Shown: positions 47,007 to 58,297, counted from the first letter of the stretch. The stretch is DNA of 64,000 nt from an uncultured Clostridia bacterium (GCA_944388075.1 CALXHI010000008.1:33334-97333); one strand, 5' to 3'. The notes: generated from the letters alone by a model not told the origin. Numbers and translations: made by a program.

Positions 47007-49922
47007 TTAATCAAGCCCCAGATTTTCACGTTTCCGCAAAATCTCATCATTCATTTCGCTATTGTAATACATCAGTGTATCTCTCGGATTCTCGTTGGAG
47101 TTGACCGTCTCACGGAACGCATTCATAATGTTACGGGTTACAGCATACGAGGACGGCAGAATCGGAATCTCCGTCAGTTCCGACCACTGTGCCTCCAAGA
47201 CTTCAAGCTCTGCAGCAGACCAGTTCAGCTGACGCAGCGTTTCGATGTTTGCTGCCTCATAGCGTCCCATCTGACCGAGCAAGCCTTCCAAATCGGAACC
47301 GTAAGATGTCTGAATATCAGTCGAGCAGAACCATTTGACGAACGTCCAAGCATCTTCCTTATTCTTTACCTTGTTGAAAATGATCGCGCCCGAGCCGCCG
47401 GAATTGGAAGCATGGCTCAGCGTTCCGTCCGAACGAATGGTGCCGGGCATAACGGTGAAGTCCCAAAGGCCCTTGATTTCCGGAGCGGCAACTGCCAGCT
47501 GGTTATAGAAGCTGTAGTTGGCAATGACGATCGGATACTGACCGGTACGGAAATAGCTGTATGCGTCATAAGTCTGCGTAAACTTGTACTCGCTGTAGAA
47601 ATCCGTCCACTTCTCAAAGCACTGAATCGCATCCACGGAATCAAACTGTGTCTGTGTCTGTTCCTCATTATAATAGTTCAGACCGGATTGCAGCACGAGC
47701 GTTGCAAAGGTGTGACCGGCTTCCGTCGCCGCTGCCACATTCGTGGACGGCAAAATCAAGCCCACGCCCAAGTGGTTTCTCTGCAAGCCCGGGAGCATAT
47801 CGATGAGGTTGTTCCAAGTCCGAGGCAGTTCGGTATAACCCAATTCGCTGAGAATATCGGTACGATAGAACATCATCGTCCAAGTCTGCGTCAACGGCAT
47901 ACCGTAAACGCCGCCCTCATATTCATAGGCAACCGTAGACTGCGGATGGAATGGGGCAATGGCCTCCTGATAATCATCGAACTGTGAAACATCGACGAGC
48001 AATCCGCGGCAAGCCAGGTTGACCGGGAATTCGCCGCCCAGGAACAATGCGATATCTGGACCCTGATCGGCCAGTGTCGCTTCAACGACACCGCCGACAA
48101 CCAGATTGACTGAAACCGGAATATCCGGGTATGCCTGCGAGAACTCGTTCTCTACCAGCTCCTTGACGACCAATGCTTGGTCACGACCGAGGTTGACCCA
48201 AACATCAATCACTTCGTCCGGATCGCCTTCCACATCTGACAGTGTGGTGTAGTCCTCGGTAAACGAACCGATGAACGCCTTGAATCGGAATGCAAACTGC
48301 TTGAAGAAGTTCGACTTCAGCGACGCAAACTCCTGATCGGGAGAGGCGATCTCGATATAGTCGATTTCAAGCGGCTGATCACGATAATCGCAGATGAAGG
48401 TCGAGATGGTCGAGATGTTGTCCTTAATCTGGGAAACATAGTTCGGAATGCGGCTGGGCTTTGCCAGACACTTGTCGAGAATGACATACATTCTCTGAAG
48501 TGCAGCAGCCTCCGAGCCAAGCGTACCGGAGAGCTGCTCGATGCCGTTCTGCGCATCCTTCAGCTCCTGAGACAGACGCTCAAAGTCGCCCAGCAAAGTC
48601 GGAATGCTTTCCTCAACATAATAGTCATTGTACTTATCCGGATTCGGACCGGTGATCATCAGAATTTGCTTGTAGCAAGTGTTGAGGTCAGCGACCACGC
48701 CTTCCAGCTCCCGCATGAACTCACCAATCTCACCGGGCATTGCCTCGAGCGTGATGGTATGTGATTCGCCTGCGGTCAGGTAGACATAGGCATAATCGTT
48801 ATCAGCCGTCGTGACGGGCGTCAGTTCCCAATCGGTATTATAATAGAACTTGACCTGACTGAACGCATCGTTTTGCAGTTCCCCGTCAATCAGCACACGG
48901 CGATTGGAATAGAAGCCACGCATGACATCCTGACATGCCTTAATTCCGATCTTGTACCAACCATCGCCCTGAATCGCATCGGCCGGGATCTCCCAAGTGA
49001 TGGCCTGTCCGGACTGATCCCAGTTCGCACCGCCGATGGTGTTGTACACCATCTTAACTGGATCAGACGGCGAAACGGTATAGCTGTTGTTGTCATATGC
49101 CGGATAGAGGGTTGAAGAAGTCTTGTAGATAGCCGATTCGCCCTCAATGCGGTAAAGTGTCGACGGTGTAGCATCAAGTTCTGCCTGTGTGGGCTTCTGG
49201 TATGGCGTTGTACCTGCCGGCTGGCAGAAGCGAATGGTGTCAATGCCGACATTGGCTTTGATGCCCTTGAAGGTAATGGTGTGTTTACCCTTCGTCAGGT
49301 AAATGCGCATCGGGTCATTGAACAGGCCGTCCTCATCATACACAAACGCAGTCTGCCAAACAGGCTTTTCCACCTGTGCCGGACGAACCTGATTGCCTCG
49401 CGAATCGGTCTGAATCTCGTGCTTGTTGACATAAAGCTTGTTCAGACAAATGCGACCTGCCGATTCAAACGGTGTTTCTCCGTCGATTTCCATGGCAAGC
49501 TCAACCTCATTGGACGGCGACTCCATCGCAAAATAGGAGATCTCCATCGAATAGTTGCCCTCCTCGGCAACATCGATGGTAAAGCTGACCTCGCCCTCGG
49601 CACTGTCCCAGACAAGCACCTGATTGCGCAGGTCATCCCCTTCTCCGAGACTGCCGATGGTCACCGTGCCGTTGTCGGCGGATTGATAGTCCTTCCCCTT
49701 GACGAGAATCTCCGTGTCCGGGCTGGGTGCATCCGCATGGGAATCATAGTATTCACTGTAGCTGATTTCTTTTTCGTAGGTCAATTCATAGAGAGAATCG
49801 TCACCGTTGACAGGCGCCGATGATGCCTCCTCGGCAGCACCCACAAGCGGAAATACAAAATTCACCGCTAATACGGAAGTCAGCAATGCAGACATCCGTC
49901 GAGCCCTGTTCTTTTGTTTCAA
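47007..49922 (-). CDS. giant extracellular solute-binding protein: two beta-sandwich CBM-like modules, helical linker, C-terminal family-1 SBP domain
   Basis: TTG start at 49922 lies 5 nt after GAAAGGTGGAG and gives a classical signal peptide (KQKNRARRMSALLTSVLAVNFVFPLVGA). The ATG at 49976 is the alternative. The C-terminal ~400 aa look like a sugar SBP. Confidence 0.75.
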   Translation of the reverse strand: MKQKNRARRMSALLTSVLAVNFVFPLVGAAEEASSAPVNGDDSLYELTYEKEISYSEYYDSHADAPSPDTEILVKGKDYQSADNGTVTIGSLGEGDDLRNQVLVWDSAEGEVSFTIDVAEEGNYSMEISYFAMESPSNEVELAMEIDGETPFESAGRICLNKLYVNKHEIQTDSRGNQVRPAQVEKPVWQTAFVYDEDGLFNDPMRIYLTKGKHTITFKGIKANVGIDTIRFCQPAGTTPYQKPTQAELDATPSTLYRIEGESAIYKTSSTLYPAYDNNSYTVSPSDPVKMVYNTIGGANWDQSGQAITWEIPADAIQGDGWYKIGIKACQDVMRGFYSNRRVLIDGELQNDAFSQVKFYYNTDWELTPVTTADNDYAYVYLTAGESHTITLEAMPGEIGEFMRELEGVVADLNTCYKQILMITGPNPDKYNDYYVEESIPTLLGDFERLSQELKDAQNGIEQLSGTLGSEAAALQRMYVILDKCLAKPSRIPNYVSQIKDNISTISTFICDYRDQPLEIDYIEIASPDQEFASLKSNFFKQFAFRFKAFIGSFTEDYTTLSDVEGDPDEVIDVWVNLGRDQALVVKELVENEFSQAYPDIPVSVNLVVGGVVEATLADQGPDIALFLGGEFPVNLACRGLLVDVSQFDDYQEAIAPFHPQSTVAYEYEGGVYGMPLTQTWTMMFYRTDILSELGYTELPRTWNNLIDMLPGLQRNHLGVGLILPSTNVAAATEAGHTFATLVLQSGLNYYNEEQTQTQFDSVDAIQCFEKWTDFYSEYKFTQTYDAYSYFRTGQYPIVIANYSFYNQLAVAAPEIKGLWDFTVMPGTIRSDGTLSHASNSGGSGAIIFNKVKNKEDAWTFVKWFCSTDIQTSYGSDLEGLLGQMGRYEAANIETLRQLNWSAAELEVLEAQWSELTEIPILPSSYAVTRNIMNAFRETVNSNENPRDTLMYYNSEMNDEILRKRENLGLD

Positions 49923-50116
49923 TGTTTCTCCACCTTTCCGAAATTGATATGTGTATGCGTTCCGACGATACCGCACACCTCAATACCGCCAAAACAAGAA
50001 AAAAATTGTTATATCCGCACATGCTGTGCGAACGTTTCACGTCACCCAACGATATGCCAAACATAGAGACACCAAAACAGACGCTGTTTGAGCGTCTCGT
50101 TGGTTTATACTCTCTT

Positions 50117-50145
50117 ATTATATCAAATCTTGGACAGATTGTCAA
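50117..50145 (-). promoter_or_regulatory. sigma-A type promoter of the 12-kb ABC operon
   Basis: On the minus strand: TTGACA, 17 nt spacer, TATAAT. Confidence 0.6.
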
Positions 50146-50309
50146 GAAGTTGCAAAGACTTTTCATTATCTCGCAATAAAATCGTCATATTGCACATCCC
50201 CACACGCATGGATTCGGTTTATGATTCGCAATTCAGAGAAAAGCAACCAAAATAATCGAAACAGATTCCTGCCAAACTATGACAACACAAAAAAATTATT
50301 GAAAAAGCC

Positions 50310-50337
50310 TTGCTTTTTTTCAGATTTGTGTTACAAT
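50310..50337 (+). promoter_or_regulatory. sigma-A type promoter of the ferredoxin gene
   Basis: TTGCTT, 16 nt spacer, TACAAT, with TGt extended -10. Confidence 0.45.
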
Positions 50338-50386
50338 ATAAGTGTACCGGTACATCACCGGAATTTCAAAATGGAGGTATACAAAG

Positions 50387-50554
50387 ATGGCATATGTGAT
50401 TTCCGATGCATGCATCTCCTGCGGCGCCTGTGCAGACGCTTGCCCGGTCAACGCAATCACTGAGGGCGACGGAAAATACGAGATCAACGCTGACACCTGC
50501 ATCGAGTGCGGTGCTTGTGCAGATGCTTGTCCCGTGGACGCTCCCCAGAACTAA
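50387..50554 (+). CDS. fdx: 2x[4Fe-4S] clostridial-type ferredoxin (55 aa)
   Basis: Two CxxCxxCxxxCP motifs. GGAGG SD before the ATG at 50387. Confidence 0.9.
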   Translation: MAYVISDACISCGACADACPVNAITEGDGKYEINADTCIECGACADACPVDAPQN

Positions 50555-50571
50555 TGCATAGCAAAGCACTC

Positions 50572-50606
50572 CGGCGGCTCAGCGATTGAGTCGCCGTTTG
50601 CTTTTT
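50572..50606 (+). terminator. intrinsic terminator
   Basis: CGGCGGCTCA gcgat TGAGTCGCCG followed by TTTGCTTTTT. Confidence 0.7.
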
Positions 50607-50656
50607 CTGAAATCTCCTCTATTTTATACCATATCGCCGATATTCACAAAAAACGC

Positions 50657-50685
50657 TTGCATTTTTACGGAAACTATGATATAAT
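50657..50685 (+). promoter_or_regulatory. sigma-A type promoter
   Basis: TTGCAT, 17 nt spacer, TATAAT. Confidence 0.5.
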
Positions 50686-50770
50686 AAATGCAATCGGCTT
50701 AAATACCGCCGGATGATATCGTGCCGCCTGTGCCGATATTCGCTACTATCACAAGGGAGGATCTTTACCC

Positions 50771-51400
50771 ATGAAGCATTTCCGTCAATCCGCAGCTCTG
50801 CTGCTTTCCGCCATACTTTGCTGCTCTGCCGTCGCACTTTCCGGTTGCGGAGATACCAGCAGCAATGCCGGTGATGATACCCTCAGTGCCTATTCACCGG
50901 TTGTTCCGGACAGCAAAATCGATGAGAACGAACCCGGTGAAATTGTCGATGCGACCGTCGGCACACCGCTGAACTATCAGGACAAGCTGGATGTCACGCT
51001 CACAAAGATCATCGAGCTTGATGCCGGCAATAACACAGAGCGGCGCATACTGCTCGCCGAATTCACTATCAAGAATAAAACAGACACTGCCGTAGACTGC
51101 TCGACGCTGACGCACTTCAGCGCAAGCGTGGACGGAACGGTAAAAAAGGGCATTGTGTCTCAGACCACTGCTGCTATTCTTGCCAGAAAATACTACACCA
51201 AGCTCGGCAGCGATATGCAGTCGCTCAACCAAGCTATCGAGCCGGGGACATCGATTTCTGGTTACGTCTATATGGAAGTTCCGTCCTCTTGGGATGAACT
51301 GAAGCTCATCTACAAGCCCTACAAATACTACAGCAACGATACGATCGAGTTTCCGATTGTCGAATCCGAATTGGAACACTATACCGAACCGCTGTCTTAA
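50771..51400 (+). CDS. DUF4352-like lipoprotein
   Basis: Lipobox LSGC, then an Ig-like beta domain with the ILLAEFTIKNKTDTAV / ISGYVYMEVP pattern. Confidence 0.65.
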   Translation: MKHFRQSAALLLSAILCCSAVALSGCGDTSSNAGDDTLSAYSPVVPDSKIDENEPGEIVDATVGTPLNYQDKLDVTLTKIIELDAGNNTERRILLAEFTIKNKTDTAVDCSTLTHFSASVDGTVKKGIVSQTTAAILARKYYTKLGSDMQSLNQAIEPGTSISGYVYMEVPSSWDELKLIYKPYKYYSNDTIEFPIVESELEHYTEPLS

Positions 51401-51410
51401 GAAATACAGC

Positions 51411-51443
51411 AATGCCGCCGAGTGTTTGACTCGGCGGCATTTA
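51411..51443. terminator. bidirectional intrinsic terminator
   Basis: AATGCCGCCGAGT gtttg ACTCGGCGGCATT. Confidence 0.75.
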
Positions 51444-52229
51444 TCATTCGGTCACTGCTTGTGTCTGCGTTTCCGGCTGTGGCAGATCCTGCCAATAGGT
51501 TTCCGGATCGACATAGCAGTCGTTCTGCAGCACCTCAAAATGCAGATGCGGCTCCAATCCGCTTTCCGCTTCTGCAGTTGCTCCAACTGCGCCGAGCACA
51601 TCACCACGCTCCAGCACCTGCCCTGCCGTCACCGTTAAGCCCTCGTTCAAACCGCAATATCGGGTGACCGTACCATCGGTATGCTGCACCGTCACACAAA
51701 TGCCCCAAAGCGCATCCCGATCGATGGCTGTTACCGTACCATCTGCGGCGCAGCACACTTCCGTACCGAGTGCCGCTGCCAAGTCTACGCCGTTATGCGT
51801 CTGCCAGATACCGGTTGTCGGAGACTTGACCAGTTCTCCATGGCTGAACGGCTGTATCACCGCACCATCCAAGGGCTTGATGGGACGTTCTACCGGTGCA
51901 GTCGTTGTCACGGTTTGGGTAGTCGTGGTCTGCGTTGTGGTAGACTTTGTGAGGATAGCAGCCGCCTGCTGTGTTGCAGGGGTTGTGGTTGTGGTACGAG
52001 TACGAGAAGTTCGCCATGTGGTCGATGTGGCCGATGTGGCAACGGGTGTTGTCGTTGTACCGGTTGTGGTTTGGCTTGACGGCGTACTGTGCTCCGCTTG
52101 GCTCGAAAGATTCGGCGGATCACTCTCCGTGTAGGCGTACCAGCAGGCAGCGCCCACCATCGCCACGCACAGAGACAATGCCACATAGAAGCCTTTGCCG
52201 GTCATGCCGGCCTGTTTACCTGTTTTCAT
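51444..52229 (-). CDS. M23-family peptidoglycan metalloendopeptidase with Thr-rich linker
   Basis: TM anchor, T-rich linker, HNGVDL and HLHFEV zinc-site motifs. Start set at the ATG with AGAAAGG upstream. Confidence 0.8.
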   Translation of the reverse strand: MKTGKQAGMTGKGFYVALSLCVAMVGAACWYAYTESDPPNLSSQAEHSTPSSQTTTGTTTTPVATSATSTTWRTSRTRTTTTTPATQQAAAILTKSTTTQTTTTQTVTTTAPVERPIKPLDGAVIQPFSHGELVKSPTTGIWQTHNGVDLAAALGTEVCCAADGTVTAIDRDALWGICVTVQHTDGTVTRYCGLNEGLTVTAGQVLERGDVLGAVGATAEAESGLEPHLHFEVLQNDCYVDPETYWQDLPQPETQTQAVTE

Positions 52230-52366
52230 AGGAATCGCCTTTCTGTTGATGGGTCTGGAAATGTCCACAGCCATATCTGCCATGGGCTTTCGACCCTAGT
52301 TTGTACCGCAATTCCAGGCTTTATACATATTTGAATTTTGAAATTCGGCGATGCAAAAACTGCCCC

Positions 52367-52395
52367 TTGACCGAAGGCCCAAAATATGCTATAAT
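52367..52395 (+). promoter_or_regulatory. sigma-A type promoter of tRNA-Arg
   Basis: TTGACC, 17 nt spacer, TATAAT, with TGc extended -10. Confidence 0.6.
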
Positions 52396-52403
52396 AACAA
52401 TAT

Positions 52404-52477
52404 GTCCCAGTACCTCAGTAGGATAGAGGATCCGCCTCCTAAGCGGGCTGCCGCAGGTTCGATTCCTGTCTGGGACG
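52404..52477 (+). tRNA. tRNA-Arg (anticodon CCT)
   Basis: Acceptor GTCCCAG/CTGGGAC, D-stem CCTC/GAGG, anticodon stem TCCGC/GCGGG with loop CTCCTAA, T-loop TTCGATT. Confidence 0.85.
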
Positions 52478-52481
52478 CTAT

Positions 52482-52517
52482 GCACGACAGAGTTTTTGCT
52501 TTGTCGTGCTTTATTTT
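52482..52517 (+). terminator. intrinsic terminator after tRNA-Arg
   Basis: GCACGACAGAG ... CTTTGTCGTGC followed by TTTATTTT. Confidence 0.65.
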
Positions 52518-52545
52518 GCGAAAAAATCGATCCTGTATTCATTCG

Positions 52546-52578
52546 GACAAAAAACGACAGCCGTTCGGCTGCCGTTTT
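52546..52578 (-). terminator. intrinsic terminator after cysS
   Basis: On the minus strand: AAAACGGCAGCCG aa CGGCTGTCGTTTTTT. Confidence 0.65.
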
Positions 52579-52639
52579 CGTTCAAATATTCGAATAAGAA
52601 AGAAAATTTTTCCAATCCTGCAAGTACAGATGCAGCATA

Positions 52640-54055
52640 TCAAGACTTCTTTTCAATCACCGTGCCCTGACGGGTTTCACGGATTTCCCAACCCATTTCC
52701 TGAATCTGTGCCCGAATCACATCGGCCTGTGCAAAGTCCTTTGCCTGTCGTGCGACCTTACGTGCCTCGACCAGTTCGAGTACTTCCGCCGGGATATCCG
52801 GTGATTCGTCTGCCGCCTCGGCAAGACACTTTGCCGCTTCGATCAGACCCAAATCCAGTACACGATCCATCTCCGCAATGCAGGCGAGTTTCGTTGCCGC
52901 CGTGATATCCGCCTTCAGCACATCGTACAGCACGGTAACAGCCTGTGCAGTATTGAGGTCATTGTCCATCGCCTCTCGAAATTTGGCAAGATAAGTTTCC
53001 TTTTGTGCCTCGTCAACCGCATCCTGCACCGCCAACAGCGCATGAATTCTGCCGACCAACTTCTGATAGGCTTGTGCCGCATTGTCGAGATTCTCATAGC
53101 TGAATACAAGCGATTTGCGGTAATGCGATTGCAGGCAGAAAAAGCGATATGCCATCGGCGCATAGCCCTTGCGCTCGAGCAGCGATACCGTCAGAAATTC
53201 GCCGGACGACTTGCTCATCTTTCCGGCATTGGTATTGAGATGAAGCACATGGAACCAGTGCTTACACCAGCTGTGCCCGAGATAGGCTTCACTCTGTGCA
53301 ATTTCATTGGTGTGATGGGGGAATACATTGTCGATGCCGCCACAGTGCAGATCGAGCGTTTCGCCGCAATACTTCATGCTGATGCAGGAACATTCGATAT
53401 GCCAGCCCGGATATCCAATGCCCCAAGGGCTATCCCATTTCAGTTCCTGATCGTCAAACTTCGACTTTGTGAACCACAACACGAAATCTGCCTTGTTGTG
53501 CTTATTACCGTCCTCCTCAACACCCTCTCGTACGCCAACCGCCAAATCCTCTTCCTTGAAATCATGGAAGACATAGTACTGTTCGAGCTTCGAGGTATCA
53601 AAGTAGATATTGCCGCCGGCTTCATAGGCATAGCCCGTTTCAATGAGCTTCTCAATCACATGAATGAAATCAGCAATGCAGTCTGTTGCCGGCTCTACCA
53701 CTTCCGGACGCTTAATGTGCAGCTTTTCGCAATCCGCAAAGAACGCATCGGTATAGAATTCGGCAATTTCCATGACGGTCTTATGCTCACGCTTTGCGCC
53801 CTTGAGCATCTTGTCGTCGCCGGTATCGCCGTCCGAGGTCAGGTGACCGACATCGGTGATGTTCATCACACGCAGCACGTCATAGCCCAGATAACGCAGG
53901 TACTTGTCAAGCACATCCTCCATGATATAGGTACGCAGATTGCCGATATGGGCATAGTGATAGACCGTCGGGCCGCAGGTGTACATCTTCACACGATTCG
54001 GCTCTACGGTGGTAAAGGTTTCCTTTTTTCGTGTCAGGGAGTTATAGAGTTGCAT
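52640..54055 (-). CDS. cysS: cysteine-tRNA ligase
   Basis: HIGN (YAHIGNLRTY) and KMSKS (GKMSKSSG) class I signatures, with CysRS colinearity. Confidence 0.95.
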   Translation of the reverse strand: MQLYNSLTRKKETFTTVEPNRVKMYTCGPTVYHYAHIGNLRTYIMEDVLDKYLRYLGYDVLRVMNITDVGHLTSDGDTGDDKMLKGAKREHKTVMEIAEFYTDAFFADCEKLHIKRPEVVEPATDCIADFIHVIEKLIETGYAYEAGGNIYFDTSKLEQYYVFHDFKEEDLAVGVREGVEEDGNKHNKADFVLWFTKSKFDDQELKWDSPWGIGYPGWHIECSCISMKYCGETLDLHCGGIDNVFPHHTNEIAQSEAYLGHSWCKHWFHVLHLNTNAGKMSKSSGEFLTVSLLERKGYAPMAYRFFCLQSHYRKSLVFSYENLDNAAQAYQKLVGRIHALLAVQDAVDEAQKETYLAKFREAMDNDLNTAQAVTVLYDVLKADITAATKLACIAEMDRVLDLGLIEAAKCLAEAADESPDIPAEVLELVEARKVARQAKDFAQADVIRAQIQEMGWEIRETRQGTVIEKKS

Positions 54056-54108
54056 AGTCTCGCTCCATTTCTGTTATCATTGGCAGAATACTGATTTTCT
54101 ATTTTATA

Positions 54109-54136
54109 GTATAACAGATACCTGCAAAAATGTCAA
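54109..54136 (-). promoter_or_regulatory. sigma-A type promoter of cysS
   Basis: On the minus strand: TTGACA, 16 nt spacer, TATACT. Confidence 0.5.
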
Positions 54137-54187
54137 GCCAAACGCAAACATCACGCATTCCCTGCAAGAGAATGCGTGATGGTACGG

Positions 54188-55192
54188 TTATACGGTAAAG
54201 AACCGCTGGCTTGCCGTGAATACCTCCAACGGGCGCAATTCCTGATAGCCGGTCACATCTGCCGGCAGCTCCAAATTCGGCGCATCAATCATCGCCGTCA
54301 TCGGCTCGGGGCAGAAATAACCGTTAAAGCCCTTGTCATTCCAGATGATCCAGAAGCGATACTCCGGACTGACCTGATAGCAGATTTTCTTGCCGCTTGC
54401 GATATCCTCGACAATCGCACCGTAAAAGCTCTGACCGTCCAGCTCACCGGTTTCCGCCTGATACATATCATTGTCGATATTTTGCAGCACCGGACATTTC
54501 GTGCCGTTCTTGTACTCCAAGTCAATCAGCTTCGGCTCGAGCAGGCGTTCGGTCGGCAGGCAGCGTTCGTTCAGCTCGCAACGCTTTCCAATCGGCACCA
54601 TCAAACGCATATCTTCCTGCTTTGCACCATCCACAAACGGAGCCTGAATGGTGGTATGTGTGGCAAACGAAATCGGCAGCATCTTATCCGAGCAATTGGT
54701 CATCGTGATTTGATGCTCCAGACCGCACGCACTCAAGGTAAAGGTCAAGTCCAGTCGGAATTTCACCGGCAGATACTCGAAAAATGGATCGTTCTCGTCA
54801 TAGACAAACCGTGTCTGCACAACGGCGCAATTCTCATCCGCATGATGCTCCACAACGGTATAGGCACGCTTTTGCACAAAGCCATGGATGTGATTGTTCC
54901 ACGGATCCGGTTCATTGATCGGCAGGTGATATTTCGCATCCGAGGTTTTCAAAATACCATCGGCGAAACGATTGGGCAGATAGAGGGTCGGCAGACCCCA
55001 GATTTCCGACTGGGATGCCAAAATATCTGCGGTATTGTCCGGCGACCACCGGAATACATCGATGTTATTTTTGGTGTCACGCAAGCGAATGACATTCGAG
55101 CCGAGTTCATACGCAATATATGCCTCATAACCACCTGCGCACAATTGAATACAGGGTGTCCCGTTTAATGTCGTCTGCTGTGTACTGTTCAT
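54188..55192 (-). CDS. aldose 1-epimerase (galactose mutarotase-like) family protein
   Basis: HGF and FCPEPMT motifs of the mutarotase fold. GGAGG SD 8 nt before the ATG at 55192. Confidence 0.7.
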   Translation of the reverse strand: MNSTQQTTLNGTPCIQLCAGGYEAYIAYELGSNVIRLRDTKNNIDVFRWSPDNTADILASQSEIWGLPTLYLPNRFADGILKTSDAKYHLPINEPDPWNNHIHGFVQKRAYTVVEHHADENCAVVQTRFVYDENDPFFEYLPVKFRLDLTFTLSACGLEHQITMTNCSDKMLPISFATHTTIQAPFVDGAKQEDMRLMVPIGKRCELNERCLPTERLLEPKLIDLEYKNGTKCPVLQNIDNDMYQAETGELDGQSFYGAIVEDIASGKKICYQVSPEYRFWIIWNDKGFNGYFCPEPMTAMIDAPNLELPADVTGYQELRPLEVFTASQRFFTV

Positions 55193-55370
55193 GACGTTTG
55201 CCTCCTTTGGGGGATTCAAGCCTTTTCCCAACATAAAATACCGCCTATAGTATAGCATATTTTCCCGAAAAACGCAAGGCATTTACCCGCTTTTGGGCGT
55301 TTTGTATGAATATCACGGTGATTTTTCGTCATTCTGCGAAAAGAATTTCATCGGATGCTGTCACACATCA

Positions 55371-55402
55371 AAAACGGACGGATCTGCTTGAACCGTCCGT
55401 TT
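55371..55402 (-). terminator. intrinsic terminator after groEL
   Basis: AACGGACGG ... CCGTCCGTT, followed on the minus strand by TTTTT. Confidence 0.7.
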
Positions 55403-55420
55403 GATATCCTTTTTGCAGCA

Positions 55421-57064
<1,644 letters not shown>

Positions 57065-57078
57065 TCAAAGATAGTCGA

Positions 57079-57451
<373 letters not shown>

Positions 57452-57455
57452 CTGT

Positions 57456-57483
57456 ATTGTACCATGTTTTCGGAAAAAATCAA
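57456..57483 (-). promoter_or_regulatory. sigma-A type promoter of groESL
   Basis: On the minus strand: TTGATT, 16 nt spacer, TACAAT, with TGg extended -10. Confidence 0.6.
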
Positions 57484-57583
57484 GGGCTTTTTTCATCTTT
57501 TTTCAATTCTTCACAATTCTTTGTATGATTGCACATCTTTCTGAATGATTTTTTGGCGAAATTAGTTGTTTTGATAGCACTTT

Positions 57584-58144
57584 TCAGGATTCATACAGTG
57601 TATCGTACAGATACATCATATCGTCATAGCAAAGCAGATACCATTCCAGTTCTGTTTCCTCTGTTTTCAGGCTTCCCGACATCATTTCGGTTGCCGTCAA
57701 ACGATAGCATGCCGTCAAATCGATGGTCACATCATAGCTTTCCTTCAGGATTTCTTCCATCTTCCCCACCGACTGTTCTGTCAGCTGAAACAGCTTGTCA
57801 AACGTCACCGTCACGGTATACGGGTCGCCGTAGGTCTTTTTGCAGTAATCATGATTGGCAGCAATGAATGCGTCATAGTCCAAATCGCTGTTTTTATCAA
57901 TCCATGCCCGCTCGCAAATCGCATAGAAGCTCGGATAGACGCCCATGCAGCGTTCAAAGCTGCCATCCCGCATACCGGCATAGTATTCCTCTACCAGTGC
58001 GGCTGCCTGTGCGGCGACTGCCTGTCCCTCCGCACCAATGGCATCGATTTTGACCGTCACCGCCGACTGGTTCGGTTCTCCGCATGCTGTCATCAGCATA
58101 CTCACCGCACACAGCAGGCAAACCGTTGGATTGATTTTCTTCAT
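57584..58144 (-). CDS. hypothetical lipoprotein
   Basis: Lipobox MTAC after a signal peptide, with a coherent 186-aa ORF. Confidence 0.55.
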   Translation of the reverse strand: MKKINPTVCLLCAVSMLMTACGEPNQSAVTVKIDAIGAEGQAVAAQAAALVEEYYAGMRDGSFERCMGVYPSFYAICERAWIDKNSDLDYDAFIAANHDYCKKTYGDPYTVTVTFDKLFQLTEQSVGKMEEILKESYDVTIDLTACYRLTATEMMSGSLKTEETELEWYLLCYDDMMYLYDTLYES

Positions 58145-58267
58145 TTATCATGCCCTCCCATCCTGTCGAATTCCGCCGCATACGTCATTGGGACGGCATT
58201 CAACGTAAAATTCACAAAATTTTCATGTTTATACTAGTATATCATGTTTTTTCGTCGACGTCAAGCG

Positions 58268-58297
58268 TTGACAAATCCGTTTCTTTTATGGTATAAT
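58268..58297 (+). promoter_or_regulatory. sigma-A type promoter
   Basis: TTGACA, 18 nt spacer, TATAAT, with TGg extended -10. Confidence 0.5.

Noticed and set aside
46152-47987. 611-aa ORF antisense to a permease and the SBP gene; similar long antisense ORFs at 13271-14446, 30127-31257, 40504-41841, 43174-44133 and 59694-61322
   Set aside because: Each crosses real gene boundaries on the opposite strand, lacks an SD and encodes Arg/His/Cys-rich sequence. The pattern recurs through the window, which points to a compositional effect rather than genes.
54056-54187. T-box leader upstream of cysS
   Set aside because: Only about 130 nt separate cysS from the upstream gene, and a terminator and a promoter fill most of it. 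There is no room for a ~200-nt T-box, and no T-box consensus (AAUUAGGGUGGUACCGCG-like) is visible.
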